IMG/VR virus record: IMGVR_UViG_3300047159_000046
Source of the DNA: a virus
Lineage: Duplodnaviria > Caudoviricetes
Length of the DNA: 64,000 bases
Strand: one strand, 5' to 3'
Position numbers and translations under genes: made by a program. How positions within the stretch are numbered: position 1 is the stretch's first letter; every line of letters begins with the position of its first letter. The notes below the pieces were generated by a model. The model saw nothing but the letters and a program-made list of their open reading frames with translations, ran no database searches and had not been told where the DNA came from. This document shows, piece after piece, positions 10,602-21,128 of the stretch.

Positions 10602-11033
10602 TTATTCCAATACGCTGAACATTTTTGAGTCCCTTATATCTCTGATATTTTTGGCGTATTTAAGTACTTTAAACGCTTTTGTAATTGTCTCAATATCCTT
10701 TTTATCGATATTTCCGCAATATTGATATATCACTTCGCTATCATTAAATTTCATACGCAAAGTTTCATACGACAAATTTATTTTTATCATATTATATCCA
10801 TATCCATCATAAATCACCTCAAATTCTCCTCTGCTTTTTGAGGTTGTAAGGGATATATCAGTGCAATATTTTATTTCTTGTAACTGAGTCGGGACTGCAT
10901 AAGTCTCTTTTGAAATGTTCTTTAATAAACCTTTCAAAATTCTTACATCGTCTTTTTTTGTGGTAGTCTTGATAAACTTTTTGTTCAAAAGACCATCATT
11001 CAGTTTCAAATAAGAAAAATTTAGCTGTTTCAT
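10602..11033 (-). CDS. Family C early protein
   Basis: Paralogue of 11667..12101 (RGEFxxxYDG, QYC). Confidence 0.8.
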   Translation of the reverse strand: MKQLNFSYLKLNDGLLNKKFIKTTTKKDDVRILKGLLKNISKETYAVPTQLQEIKYCTDISLTTSKSRGEFEVIYDGYGYNMIKINLSYETLRMKFNDSEVIYQYCGNIDKKDIETITKAFKVLKYAKNIRDIRDSKMFSVLE

Positions 11034-11220
11034 AACTTTAATAATTTAATTAGTATTTCTGTTTGTTGATGCAAAGTTACAAATAAAGTCGGGAAAAACA
11101 ATAGCAAAAGTGTTAAAAATTTAATTATTTTTTTAACACTTTTTGTTTGGAAAAGTCCCAAAAATTCCGTAACTTTGTATGGTGCTCTAAACCGAAAGTT
11201 TTAACACTTTTTAACTTTTT

Positions 11221-11400
11221 AAAAAAGTGCGTGTTTTGTCTCCTTCTTCCCAGAATAGTAACTTTGTAACACCTATTCCGTATTGTTCGTCCACCTTATT
11301 TTTGGTTAGGGTGTGATGCCGTTTCCCTAAATGTTTTTGCCTTGTTGAGTGTGGCTGTTTGTTTATGTTGTATTCATATTGTTTGTTGTTTCTTAATTGC
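11221..11400 (-). ncRNA. Structured ncRNA family, copy 3
   Basis: Compensatory stem TAGGG/CCCTA replaces CGGG/CCCG; MNTT* mini-ORF. Confidence 0.75.
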
Positions 11401-11666
11401 ACTACAAAGATAGTCATTATTTTTGATATATGCAAATTTTCAACCAATTATTTTCAAATTATTTTACGTTTCGTTTTTACCCGTTTTTAGCCTCAATACG
11501 GAACTTTCGGGTAAAAGTGGATAAAACTATTCACCTTTCACACAAAACGCTTTAAAAACGCTTAAAATAGCTTGTATTGCGTTTGCTGGTAGTTCTTGAT
11601 GCACACAAAAAAAAACGACAAGAACATTTTGTTTGCCCTTGTCGTTTCTGTTATTATGTTTGTTCT

Positions 11667-12101
11667 TTATTGTAGTACGTTGAACATTAATGAATTTCGT
11701 GCGTCTTGTAGTGTTTGTATATCTTTCAATATGCCAAATACTTTTATCATTATTTCTACATCATGTTTATTGATATGGCTGCAATATTGCGACAATATTT
11801 CTCCGCCGTTGTATTCTATTCTCAAAATGCCATGGGAAAGATTTATGATTATTTGGTTGTCCTCAAAACCATCATAAAAAATCTTAAATTCACCTCTTCC
11901 CTTTGTCGCTTTTAGGGATATATCTTTTCCTATCTTTATTTCTTGTACCTCAACTGGGACACAATTTGTAGCCTTTTTGATGCCCTTTAAAAGGCTTTTC
12001 AAGATAGACAAACATTCTGTGTCTGCTATATCGTTTATAAGCAAATTCTTGTTCAAAAAACCCTCTTTTAGGTGCATACATGAAAAACTCAATCTGTTCA
12101 T
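11667..12101 (-). CDS. Family C early protein
   Basis: Paralogue of 10602..11033. Confidence 0.8.
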   Translation of the reverse strand: MNRLSFSCMHLKEGFLNKNLLINDIADTECLSILKSLLKGIKKATNCVPVEVQEIKIGKDISLKATKGRGEFKIFYDGFEDNQIIINLSHGILRIEYNGGEILSQYCSHINKHDVEIMIKVFGILKDIQTLQDARNSLMFNVLQ

Positions 12102-12309
12102 AACTTTAATGTTTAATTAGTAATTTTGTTTGTTGATGCAAAGATATATCTTTTTTCTTAATCTGCAAAATGTTTTGGGACTTTTTTTGAAAATATTTTA
12201 TGTTCGTATCTTTATGTACTGATACACAAAAAATAGCCGACTTTCACAAGCCGACTATTTCGCATTAAACATTAAATTAGAAATACAAAAATCATTATAT
12301 CATTCTGTT

Positions 12310-12627
12310 TCATTCCGTTTGTTCGCATAGTTCCGTTTGTTCCATTGGTATGCCTACATAATCTTTGTAACAAGCTATATTTTTGTAATAGTCATATTCG
12401 TCTACTACGTTGTCAATCAGTGGTAACCATTGCCCGTAATATTGATTTTCGGGCATCTCTGTATCAATTTCCTCTTCCCGATATGAAATATATCCATCAA
12501 ACAATTCCATAACACAGGTGGGGTCTATCTCAAAACTATTCAAATAGTCCCTTGCAAAAAGAGAATTGAGGGTTATTTCGTTTCTAAGTTTGCCGAATTC
12601 CTCTAATGTTAAAAATCTGTTTGCCAT
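12310..12627 (-). CDS. Family D acidic early protein
   Basis: Paralogue of 22793..23143 (LRxExxxNSL..DYxN..ID..FDxYI). Confidence 0.75.
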   Translation of the reverse strand: MANRFLTLEEFGKLRNEITLNSLFARDYLNSFEIDPTCVMELFDGYISYREEEIDTEMPENQYYGQWLPLIDNVVDEYDYYKNIACYKDYVGIPMEQTELCEQTE

Positions 12628-12860
12628 AACTTTGTTTTTTTAGTTAGTATAATATGTTCTTGTTGTCTTTCAACGCTACAAAGGTAGTTCTTATTTTTGA
12701 TATATGCAAATTTTCAACCAATTATTTTCAATATTTTTTTTATTTTGCTTTTCACGCATACATAAGGCGGATACTGATTTTAGTACCAAGCCGTTTGTAC
12801 TACACAAAAAAAATAGGGCTGCCCTTGTTGAGTAGTCCTATTCTGTTTTGTTTTGCGTTT

Positions 12861-13271
12861 TTAACCTATTATTTTAATATTATTAGCACCAATAATGTAT
12901 TGAAAACCCATAGAATGCGAAAATAAGTCATAAACACAATCATGGTAGGAATTACCATACGCATAAAACGACTTCAAATACAAATATTTTGGATGAGTGA
13001 CAACATATTCATCTTTAATCCCCAAAATACAATTTTTACGACAATCGCCATTTTTTTTGAAATTCTTATCATAAATCCACTTAGCAGCCTTGTTCTTTTG
13101 CTCTTCTGTTAATCGAATAGGCATAACACTATCAAGCAAATTAAACATTTCAGAGGCACTTTCATCGCTTTTGTTTATTCTCCTTTTAATTAGATTTATT
13201 TGCTGTTCAGTCGCAAAGCCTTGTTTCTTGATAGTTTTTACTAATTCAGAATTGCTAATCATTTTTGCCAT
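12861..13271 (-). CDS. Family A early protein
   Basis: MAKxISNxELV..QGFATExQI; paralogue of 6232 and 13434. Confidence 0.8.
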   Translation of the reverse strand: MAKMISNSELVKTIKKQGFATEQQINLIKRRINKSDESASEMFNLLDSVMPIRLTEEQKNKAAKWIYDKNFKKNGDCRKNCILGIKDEYVVTHPKYLYLKSFYAYGNSYHDCVYDLFSHSMGFQYIIGANNIKIIG

Positions 13272-13433
13272 AACTTTTATGTTTTGTTGTTTTTGTTAAT
13301 GCAAAGATACAAAGAAAGTTCGGGAAAACAATAGCAAAAGTGTTAAAATTTCAAAGATCTTTTTAACACTTTTCCAAACACACAAAAATAGGGCTGCCCT
13401 TGTTGAGTAGTCCTATTCTGTTTTGTTTTGCGT

Positions 13434-13859
13434 TTATCCTACTATTTTCGTTTTGCCGTCTTGTTCCATATAATCAAAATATTCTTCATTTTCTGTCTCA
13501 ATACGCCAAACGGGTGTGTATTTGTTGTCTCCTTTGGTATAAAAGCAAGAAAGATAAGCCTCTTTTGCGTTGTTGAGGATATGTAGTTCCCTATTTCCCA
13601 AAGGACTATTTTTTCTAAATTCTCCGTTCTTCTTGATACTCTTGCCATACAAAGATAAAACCATCTTGACCATCTGCATATTGGTCACTTTAATTGACCA
13701 TGGCATTATCTCTGATATATATCCAAGAATTTTCTTTGCGTCTTGCTGATTTTTGTTCATTCTTTGTCTCAGCAACCTTATTTGTTTTTCAGTTGCGCAC
13801 ATATCTTGATGTCTGCTTATTTTCAACCATAAATCATAATTTTCAATTTTCTGTTTCAT
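13434..13859 (-). CDS. Family A early protein
   Basis: ATEKQI and KKNGEFRKNS motifs; start trimmed to MKQKIE. Confidence 0.8.
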   Translation of the reverse strand: MKQKIENYDLWLKISRHQDMCATEKQIRLLRQRMNKNQQDAKKILGYISEIMPWSIKVTNMQMVKMVLSLYGKSIKKNGEFRKNSPLGNRELHILNNAKEAYLSCFYTKGDNKYTPVWRIETENEEYFDYMEQDGKTKIVG

Positions 13860-14021
13860 AACCTTTAATGTTTTGTTGTTTTTGTTGATGCAAAGATACA
13901 AATAATGTTTGAAAAAGCAATAGCAAAAGTGTTAAAATTTCAAAGATCTTTTTAACACTTTTCGCTTAAAATAAATGCCCAAAAGTTTTGCATATTACAG
14001 ATTTTTGCGTATCTTTGTAGT

Positions 14022-14199
14022 GTAATTAAGAAAGCAACAAATATGAATACAACGTAAACTAAAAAGCCACACAAAACAAGGCAAAGATAAAACGGGAAAA
14101 GGCATCGCACCCGATTGACAAAAAGCGGACGAACAATACGAAATAGGTGTTACAAAGTTACTATTTTGGGAAGGAGAAGACAACACACGCACTTTTTTT
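14022..14199 (+). ncRNA. Structured ncRNA family, copy 4
   Basis: Promoter TATCTTTG at 14010; ATG AAT ACA ACG TAA at 14043. Confidence 0.75.
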
Positions 14200-14494
14200 A
14201 AAAGTTAAAAAGTGTTAAAACGTTCATACGAATGGACAGTTTTGGGTGTCATACAAAGTTACGAAAAATTTGGGACTTTTCCAAACAAAAAGTGTTAAAG
14301 TTTTACTTTAAATTATTCACACTAATTAACACTGTTTTAACACTTTAGATTTAAAGTGTCATACAAAGTTACAGAATTTTTTTGAAAAAAACAAACAAAA
14401 AGTGTTAAATTTCTCCTGAACTTTTTAACATTTTTTAACAAAAAAAACGGGTTCTCCGCTTGGAAAACCCGTTTTTCGTTTATGTTAATTTATG

Positions 14495-14831
14495 TTACTT
14501 ATTATACAACAATATCTTGATATATGTTTGTGCGCTGTCTGTGCAATCCCAAAATGATACTACCACCCCACTATCAGATAAATCAAACGGGTGTACCAAA
14601 TTTTCGTTCATTTCGTCCGCACTGCTATCTTGATTGGCGGGACACACCTCAAAATCGTAGTATGTTTTGTCCTCTGCATTTTGAATTAAAAAATGCCTCA
14701 ATTCGTCATTTATTATAGTCTCATTTATTTGCGTTTGCGACTGCGTCATATAATAAAAAGCGACCTCACAACTATCATTTCTGCTCAATTAAGTTAATAA
14801 ACTTTCTTGCACTGATTTTTGTTTTATTCAT
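14495..14831 (-). pseudogene. Hypothetical early protein with a frameshift near the N-terminus
   Basis: MNKTKISARKF... joins NDSCEVAF if one A is removed at ~14780. Confidence 0.55.
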
Positions 14832-14965
14832 AACTTGTATAATTTAATTAATATTGTTTTGTTGTCTTTCAACACTTGCAAAGATACTACTTTTTTTTAA
14901 TATACCAAACTTTTTTGCAAAAAAAATAAGAACTATTTTGTAGTTCTTATATATCTGTCTGAAAA

Positions 14966-15421
14966 TCAGAAATTAGGGTCTCTATAATTTTCGCAATAGT
15001 TGAACATAAAAATAGGGTTAAAAGATGTTCCACCCGTCTTTTCTGTTGGTCGCCATCTATTGTAAGAAAATTTAAAAGTTATTTCCCTTGCTGATAGAAT
15101 AGGAAATCCGTCATCGTCACAGTCCGTTATCGTGATAGTCTTTTTCTTTTCATTAAAAGCCAAAATCCTAAATGCGTACCTATCACTTCCGACAACTTCC
15201 GTGACGCATCCACCCAATTTTGGTGTTCTACCTTTTTCCCACTCCGAAAAACGCTTTTTCACCTCATCTATTTCTTTTTGAGAATAAAACCATTTTTTGT
15301 AAGTGTATTTCCCAAACGGGCAAGAAAATGACACTTTTGCCTCACGCTTTTTCATTCCATGCTCAATTTTCTTCCAATCTGAAAGAAATTCAATAACCGC
15401 TCCGCTTTTTGTGTTTGTCAT
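14966..15421 (-). CDS. Conserved phage hypothetical protein (GSDRYA...YxDPxF)
   Basis: Motifs typical of a common phage family; own promoter and terminator. Confidence 0.75.
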   Translation of the reverse strand: MTNTKSGAVIEFLSDWKKIEHGMKKREAKVSFSCPFGKYTYKKWFYSQKEIDEVKKRFSEWEKGRTPKLGGCVTEVVGSDRYAFRILAFNEKKKTITITDCDDDGFPILSAREITFKFSYNRWRPTEKTGGTSFNPIFMFNYCENYRDPNF

Positions 15422-15780
15422 AACTTTATTGTTTTTAGTTATTAATATTAATTATTGTATTTCAACACCGCAAAGATACAAAAGTTTTTGATAACTGCAA
15501 AACTTTTATCAATTATTTTCAAAGTTTTTTCTGTTTGCGTATGTGCGTGCGAGTACTGAATTTGGTATCGGCTGTTTGAGGCTGTTTTGAGCCACAATAC
15601 GGCACTTTCGGGTAAAAGTGGATAAAACTATTCACTTTTCACACAAAACGCTTTAAGGACGCTTAAAACAACTTGTATTGCGTTTTTTGATATAGTTGAT
15701 GAACATACACACACAAAAAAAACGGCAAGAACATTTTGTTTGTCCTTGCCGTTTCCGTTATTGAGTTTGTGTCCCGTTAT

Positions 15781-16188
15781 TTATTCTTCTTCCAACTCAT
15801 TGACCTTTGCCCAATATTCATCCAATAATTTTTGGGCTTTTGGCATCACAGAAGCAATATAGTTTTCTTCTTGTTGCATCTTTCCCCAATATGCCAAATC
15901 GTCAATCTCAATACAATTTTTTGAGTCGTGCTCATAACTATTTTCGTTGTAAGCATCAATACAAAATTGTAAATTGTTTTTGACAAAATCAAATTCCAAA
16001 TTTGGGTCACTTGATGAAATCATACAATCTGCATCGTCCGCTGCAATTTGATTAAAATCACAAAGTTCATCAGCGGTGACCTCACCCTCTTTCATACTGT
16101 CTGCAATATCGCCAGCATATACATCAATATCCTCAAATAAAGATGAAATACTCATTGCATACTTGTCTGTCAATTCTTGTTTGTTCAT
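15781..16188 (-). CDS. Family B acidic early protein
   Basis: Paralogue of 8467..8880. Confidence 0.8.
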   Translation of the reverse strand: MNKQELTDKYAMSISSLFEDIDVYAGDIADSMKEGEVTADELCDFNQIAADDADCMISSSDPNLEFDFVKNNLQFCIDAYNENSYEHDSKNCIEIDDLAYWGKMQQEENYIASVMPKAQKLLDEYWAKVNELEEE

Positions 16189-16306
16189 AACCTTAAATTT
16201 TAGTTTTGTTGTTTTACACTTGCAAAGATACGAAAGATTTTTGAACTACCAAACGTTTTTGCAAAAAAAAATAAAAAATATTTTAGTGCTGATTATGTAT
16301 CTAATT

Positions 16307-16657
16307 TCAAATCAGCGTAATATCCTCTAATTGACTAAGATAAAAACATTCTTCTTTTGTATTGTGCATCAATATTAATTCGTAATTTTGTCCATAACCA
16401 TCTTGTTTCAACGGGACAACTCGCAAAGATAATGTTTCGATGTTCCCTATAATCTTGATACCATCCGCATTGTTTTTCATTTTCAACACAATACGGGAAG
16501 GAAAAGCATAATTATTTGTTTGCATATAGTCCGTTATCTTTGTTTGCATCCTTTCGATATTTTCCCTAAGTTCCAAATTGGCATTGTGTTCTATTGCCTT
16601 TTTTTCAATATACTGCTCCAAAGGCATATCGGCTTCGTTTCTGATAAAACTACTCAT
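16307..16657 (-). CDS. Family E early protein
   Basis: Intact ORF with promoter; paralogue of 9346..9629. Confidence 0.75.
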   Translation of the reverse strand: MSSFIRNEADMPLEQYIEKKAIEHNANLELRENIERMQTKITDYMQTNNYAFPSRIVLKMKNNADGIKIIGNIETLSLRVVPLKQDGYGQNYELILMHNTKEECFYLSQLEDITLI

Positions 16658-16986
16658 AACCTTGTTATTTAATTTTTGATACGCAAAGATACAAAAGATT
16701 TTTGAACTACCAAACTTTTTTGCAGATTATTTTGATGTTATTCTGTTCTCGCACATATAAGGCGGATACTGATTTTGGTATTCACCCGTTTTTACCCGTT
16801 TATTTGCGTTCTAACGAACTTTCGTATCAAAGTGGTACAAACTATCAACTACTATCAACAAAAGTCCTATAAATAGCTTCTATGCTATCATTTCGGCAAA
16901 TAAGTAGGCACACAAAAATAGCCGACTTTCACAAGCCGACTATTCTACTACTAATCTACTAAAAAGTTATGAATTGAAAAATATCT

Positions 16987-17889
16987 TTAATATATAAAAT
17001 GCACTTGTTCATCATTGTTGAATTCACACAAACAATTCTCGATGAAAAGTTTTTTGTCTTTTATTTCCAACTTCTTTATTTCAGAATATGCCCTAACTGC
17101 ATTTTCAGAGCAAATGATAACTTGTTTTGGCATCCCCTTTTCGTTGATAAGACTAATAAAATGCGTAGTTCTATCATTGAACTTTGCCTTTTGTGTCAAA
17201 TCATCCAAATAGTCTTCCAAACAATCAATAGGAACTGACTCATTATGATTAGTCGTATCTATTAGTATGTGTTCGGTACAATTATATTTGCAACTAATCT
17301 GTGCGGATATGATATCGTCTTTTGTGTCAATTATCCAACATTCGTCATCGTGAATCTGAATAAATCTCATTTCTCCGTCACTTGTTTTTTTCTTACAAGG
17401 ATACACACAATCAGCATTAATATGCATAATGATTTTATTTGCCTTAATATCCAATATGTTAGAGTTCCATATACAATGGTCACTTCCAACTTTTCTCGGG
17501 ATAAATTTGTTTTTTCCAAATCTATCAATGATATTATTTCATCGCCTCTATCATAGGAGAAAAGATTTTCAGATATATCTGTTATTGAATAAAACATAGA
17601 TACGTTATCTATATCCTCGCTAACTTTTTTTCCGTTACGCAAAAGAACTTCTTTATGACCATTTCCCAAATATTCGAATTCCAAAATAGCCATATCGTCA
17701 TTTTCTATCGTATTATGATATTTTAGCATTACGTTATCTATTGCTATTCTTGTATCAAATACAAGGTTACATTCTCCCGTTATTGCGTTCATATACAATA
17801 CGTTTGTATTTCCATCAACACTTCACTACATATAATGTATTTGTAAGCTGTTTCTTGATGTTCTGTGAAAAATCTGTTGCTGTTTTCAT
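16987..17889 (-). pseudogene. Hypothetical protein split by two frameshifts
   Basis: ORFs 17367..17798 and 16987..17454 overlap out of frame; likely start MKTATDF at 17889; C-terminal half resembles 23740-24130. Confidence 0.55.
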
Positions 17890-18047
17890 ATTTACTTTTG
17901 TTTTTAGTTTTGTTATTTATTTACACTTGCAAAGATACAACTTTATTTTGATATACCAAACTATTTGCTGATTATTTTTACAAAAAAAATAGCCTACAAT
18001 TTTTTTACAAATTGCAGACTATTCTAACCAAAAACTATTTTAAAACA

Positions 18048-19070
18048 TTAGTAAATAAATCGCACGCTTACAATATCAATATCATTTATTTCGCAAATAG
18101 TCGTTCTAATTTCATTTCCGTATTCACAAGACAACGTTCCCGAAACCGCTGATATGCCAGCCCAATGGATATCTTTATACGCACTAACAAAATGCTGTTT
18201 TGTCTTGACAATAATCTGAATAGGACACCCTTTTGTTGAAAGCAAATCATTCAGTTCGTCAAATAGAAAATTGTTGTCGTTGTCGTTTGCCCTCACTATA
18301 CATTCTTCTTTATCCTTGTTCATAAGGGTAACAATATCATATAGTTCATCAGTCCTATAATCTTTTGCGTTTATCGTCACCTTGTCTTGCAACTCAATAT
18401 GATTAGGCTGATATTCACATGGGAAGCCGCCACCTTTCTCCTTGTTGTTTTTATCTACCAAATAGATAGTTTCCGAGTCTACAATAAGGATGCTAAAATC
18501 ATTTTCGTTCTCTATGTTCTCAAAACGCAAATAATCAACACTTTCACTCAATAACCATTTGTCTGTATTTACATTCCAAACGTTATAATAAACTTCGTTG
18601 TCCTTATTCTCCATTCTGATAGCATACAAATTTTTCCAATGATACATAATTGTACGTTCCTCTGAGCCATTCCAAAAAGGAATTACATTTGTATTTCCGT
18701 TGATATCTACAATATCTCTTGTTTCGTCAAATCTTTCAATCTGATAGTAATTCTGTGAATTTGTGACCAACTGGAAAAAACATTCTCTTTTATGATTTTC
18801 AGTGACCACCTCACTGCCTTTTAAAATCATATATCCATAAAGACCATCCAACTCTCTATCAATGATAGCCGCTTCGCCACTATTATACACAAATTTGATT
18901 TCCTCATCAGAGGCTTGGTCGTCATCAAAAACCAACTCTCCGTTTTGGGAATTTGTGTCCCTCATAAAAAACACATTATACTTGTTGTCTTTTTTTACCA
19001 CTGCAAAGTGGTTAGATACAACCTTTGCGTTATCGAACGCTGCCAATGACTCAATGTTTTTTGTTTGCAT
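18048..19070 (-). CDS. Hypothetical beta-rich protein (possibly WG-repeat-like)
   Basis: 340-aa ORF; AVVKKDNKYNVF and YYNVWNVNTDKWLLS segments. Confidence 0.75.
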   Translation of the reverse strand: MQTKNIESLAAFDNAKVVSNHFAVVKKDNKYNVFFMRDTNSQNGELVFDDDQASDEEIKFVYNSGEAAIIDRELDGLYGYMILKGSEVVTENHKRECFFQLVTNSQNYYQIERFDETRDIVDINGNTNVIPFWNGSEERTIMYHWKNLYAIRMENKDNEVYYNVWNVNTDKWLLSESVDYLRFENIENENDFSILIVDSETIYLVDKNNKEKGGGFPCEYQPNHIELQDKVTINAKDYRTDELYDIVTLMNKDKEECIVRANDNDNNFLFDELNDLLSTKGCPIQIIVKTKQHFVSAYKDIHWAGISAVSGTLSCEYGNEIRTTICEINDIDIVSVRFIY

Positions 19071-19476
19071 AACTCTATTTTTTTTAATTTAGTAATATTG
19101 TTTATTTCCTTTAACGCTACAAAGATACATCTTTTATTTTGAACTACCAAACTTTTTGCAGATTATTTTTGAATTATTTTATCCGACTTGATGGTATGTT
19201 CCTATCTTTGTTGATGCAAAGGTACAAACAAAATACGACAAAAGCAATAGCAAAAGTGTTAAAAAAAACATTGATCTTTTAACACTTTTTTCTTGTTTTT
19301 ATCCAAAATTTTCCGTAACTTTGTATGGTGCGCAATTTTGGAATGTTAATGAAAGTTAAAATCTGCAAAGAAAAATACCTCGAAAATTTAACGTTTTTTG
19401 TTTGGAAAAGTCCCGAAAATTTCGTAACTTTGCATGACACCCTAAACCGAACAAATTAACACTTTTTAACTTTTTT

Positions 19477-19671
19477 AAAAAAGTGCGTGTTTTGTCTCCT
19501 TCTTCCCAGAATAGTAACTTTGTAACACCTATTCCGTATTGTTCGTCCGACTTTTTTATTTGTTCGGGTGTGATGCCTTCTCCCGAAATATCTTTGCCTT
19601 GTTGAGTGTGGCTTTTAGTTTATGTTGTGTTCATCTTATTTACGTTTTTAGTTTAACTTGTTTCCTTTAAC
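19477..19671 (-). ncRNA. Structured ncRNA family, copy 5
   Basis: ATG AAC ACA ACA TAA; TTCGGG/CCCGAA and GGAATAG/CTATTCT stems. Confidence 0.75.
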
Positions 19672-19775
19672 ACTACAAAGATACAATTTATTCTTGACAA
19701 TACCAAACATAGGGACAAAAAAATAAGAACTATTTTCGTAGTTCTTATTTTCTTTATTGTTATATGTTTTGCTTG

Positions 19776-20966
19776 TTATTGCTCATCCTCAGTTTTGATA
19801 GTAGCTTTCAGACAATACATATCATTAAGTTCATCTATAATTGTCATAAACATACATTTTGAAGAACGTACCTCACAAACAATATCCACATATTTAGAGT
19901 TGATAAGTTCCAAAGTTTTTTGCACCCCTACATTCATTATACATTCATTTGTGTTGTCGTTTGTCCCACCGCACTCAATATTTGCGTTGAAAGATATTAC
20001 GTCTTTGTCCTCGCACTCTCCGAAAAGTCTCAAAGTATGATTTTCAAAACGAAATATTTGTTTATCATATTCATAAATCATTTTGTTTTGTACCTTGATT
20101 TTGTTAATCAAATCCGACTTGTCAATATGAGTGTATGTATTTGTATCGTCAATTTTTTTAGGGAAGAACGACAATACGTCTTGAATACCTCTCGCAATTA
20201 ATTGTTTGTGTTCCAAATTTACAGAAACATTGTTTTTGTATAAAAAGGTGATAGAAAAATCGCTTTGATATTGCGCATCTTTTGCCGACACAGCACTGAT
20301 ATTTAAACCAATACATTCTTTATTGTCTGCATACTCAATGATATTTTCAGTAACCTCTAATGGCAAGGCAAAATCGTTTTTCAGAATTGCGGTTTTGTTG
20401 TCAATAGTTGAAACATTCACATTCACAATTGTGTTGTCGTTTGTAGCCAATAATTGCAAAAGGTCATTATCATTCAGTACCACCATATCGGGATGGTTTA
20501 TAAAGCGGTTGCTTTGTTGTAACGCTTTCGCTTTCTTGATACAGCCGACAAACGTATCTACAATCCACTTTCCATCCAAACTTAGCTGATTATCTGCAAA
20601 TAGATATTTATTGACATCAAATTCGCCACACTGCATATCTGCATCAACATTGTTTTGATACAGACTCAAAACCCATGTTTGTTCTCCGTTTGAAACATAC
20701 AGCTTGTCGTCACCCTTTGTTTCCAACATCAATTCATTATTGCTTGTCGTTTTGATTTTGTTCAGTTCCCGTGCGGATATTTGAACCTTGCCCTTGTCGT
20801 CCTCAATATCTGCGGATATGGCTGAAAAACCATACCACAAATTCTCAATAACACATTTATTGTCGGTCTTGTTGCAACTCAATGCAATAATGTTATTTAC
20901 TTTGTTGTCGGCTGAAAAAAGATTGACAACCTTTTTGAAATTTTCTACACTTACTTTTGCTTTCAT
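19776..20966 (-). CDS. Degenerate DNA polymerase III beta-clamp-like protein
   Basis: Clamp-like size, adjacent to a dnaN-like gene; LLATNDNTIV sits where ATDxHxL is expected. Confidence 0.5.
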   Translation of the reverse strand: MKAKVSVENFKKVVNLFSADNKVNNIIALSCNKTDNKCVIENLWYGFSAISADIEDDKGKVQISARELNKIKTTSNNELMLETKGDDKLYVSNGEQTWVLSLYQNNVDADMQCGEFDVNKYLFADNQLSLDGKWIVDTFVGCIKKAKALQQSNRFINHPDMVVLNDNDLLQLLATNDNTIVNVNVSTIDNKTAILKNDFALPLEVTENIIEYADNKECIGLNISAVSAKDAQYQSDFSITFLYKNNVSVNLEHKQLIARGIQDVLSFFPKKIDDTNTYTHIDKSDLINKIKVQNKMIYEYDKQIFRFENHTLRLFGECEDKDVISFNANIECGGTNDNTNECIMNVGVQKTLELINSKYVDIVCEVRSSKCMFMTIIDELNDMYCLKATIKTEDEQ

Positions 20967-21128
20967 AACTTTAACTTTTAATTTGGTTTTGTTTTACACT
21001 ACAAAGATACAAATAATATTGATAACTGCAAACTTTTCACACAATTATTTTCAATTTATTTAAAAAAAAGCTATCAGCAACATAATAGTCACTGATAGCC
21101 TCAATTTTAAAAGGATATAAAAATATGA

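Noticed and set aside
11211-14192. ORFs 11211..11447 and 13995..14192 (also 9140..9424) overlapping the ncRNA copies
   Set aside because: The frames are not conserved among the six copies, indels are not multiples of three, and the ORFs run across promoters.
8320-15626. DnaA boxes (GTGGATAA) in the repeated intergenic blocks
   Set aside because: They are 8/9 matches, occur singly, form one arm of a hairpin, and are lost in variant copies.
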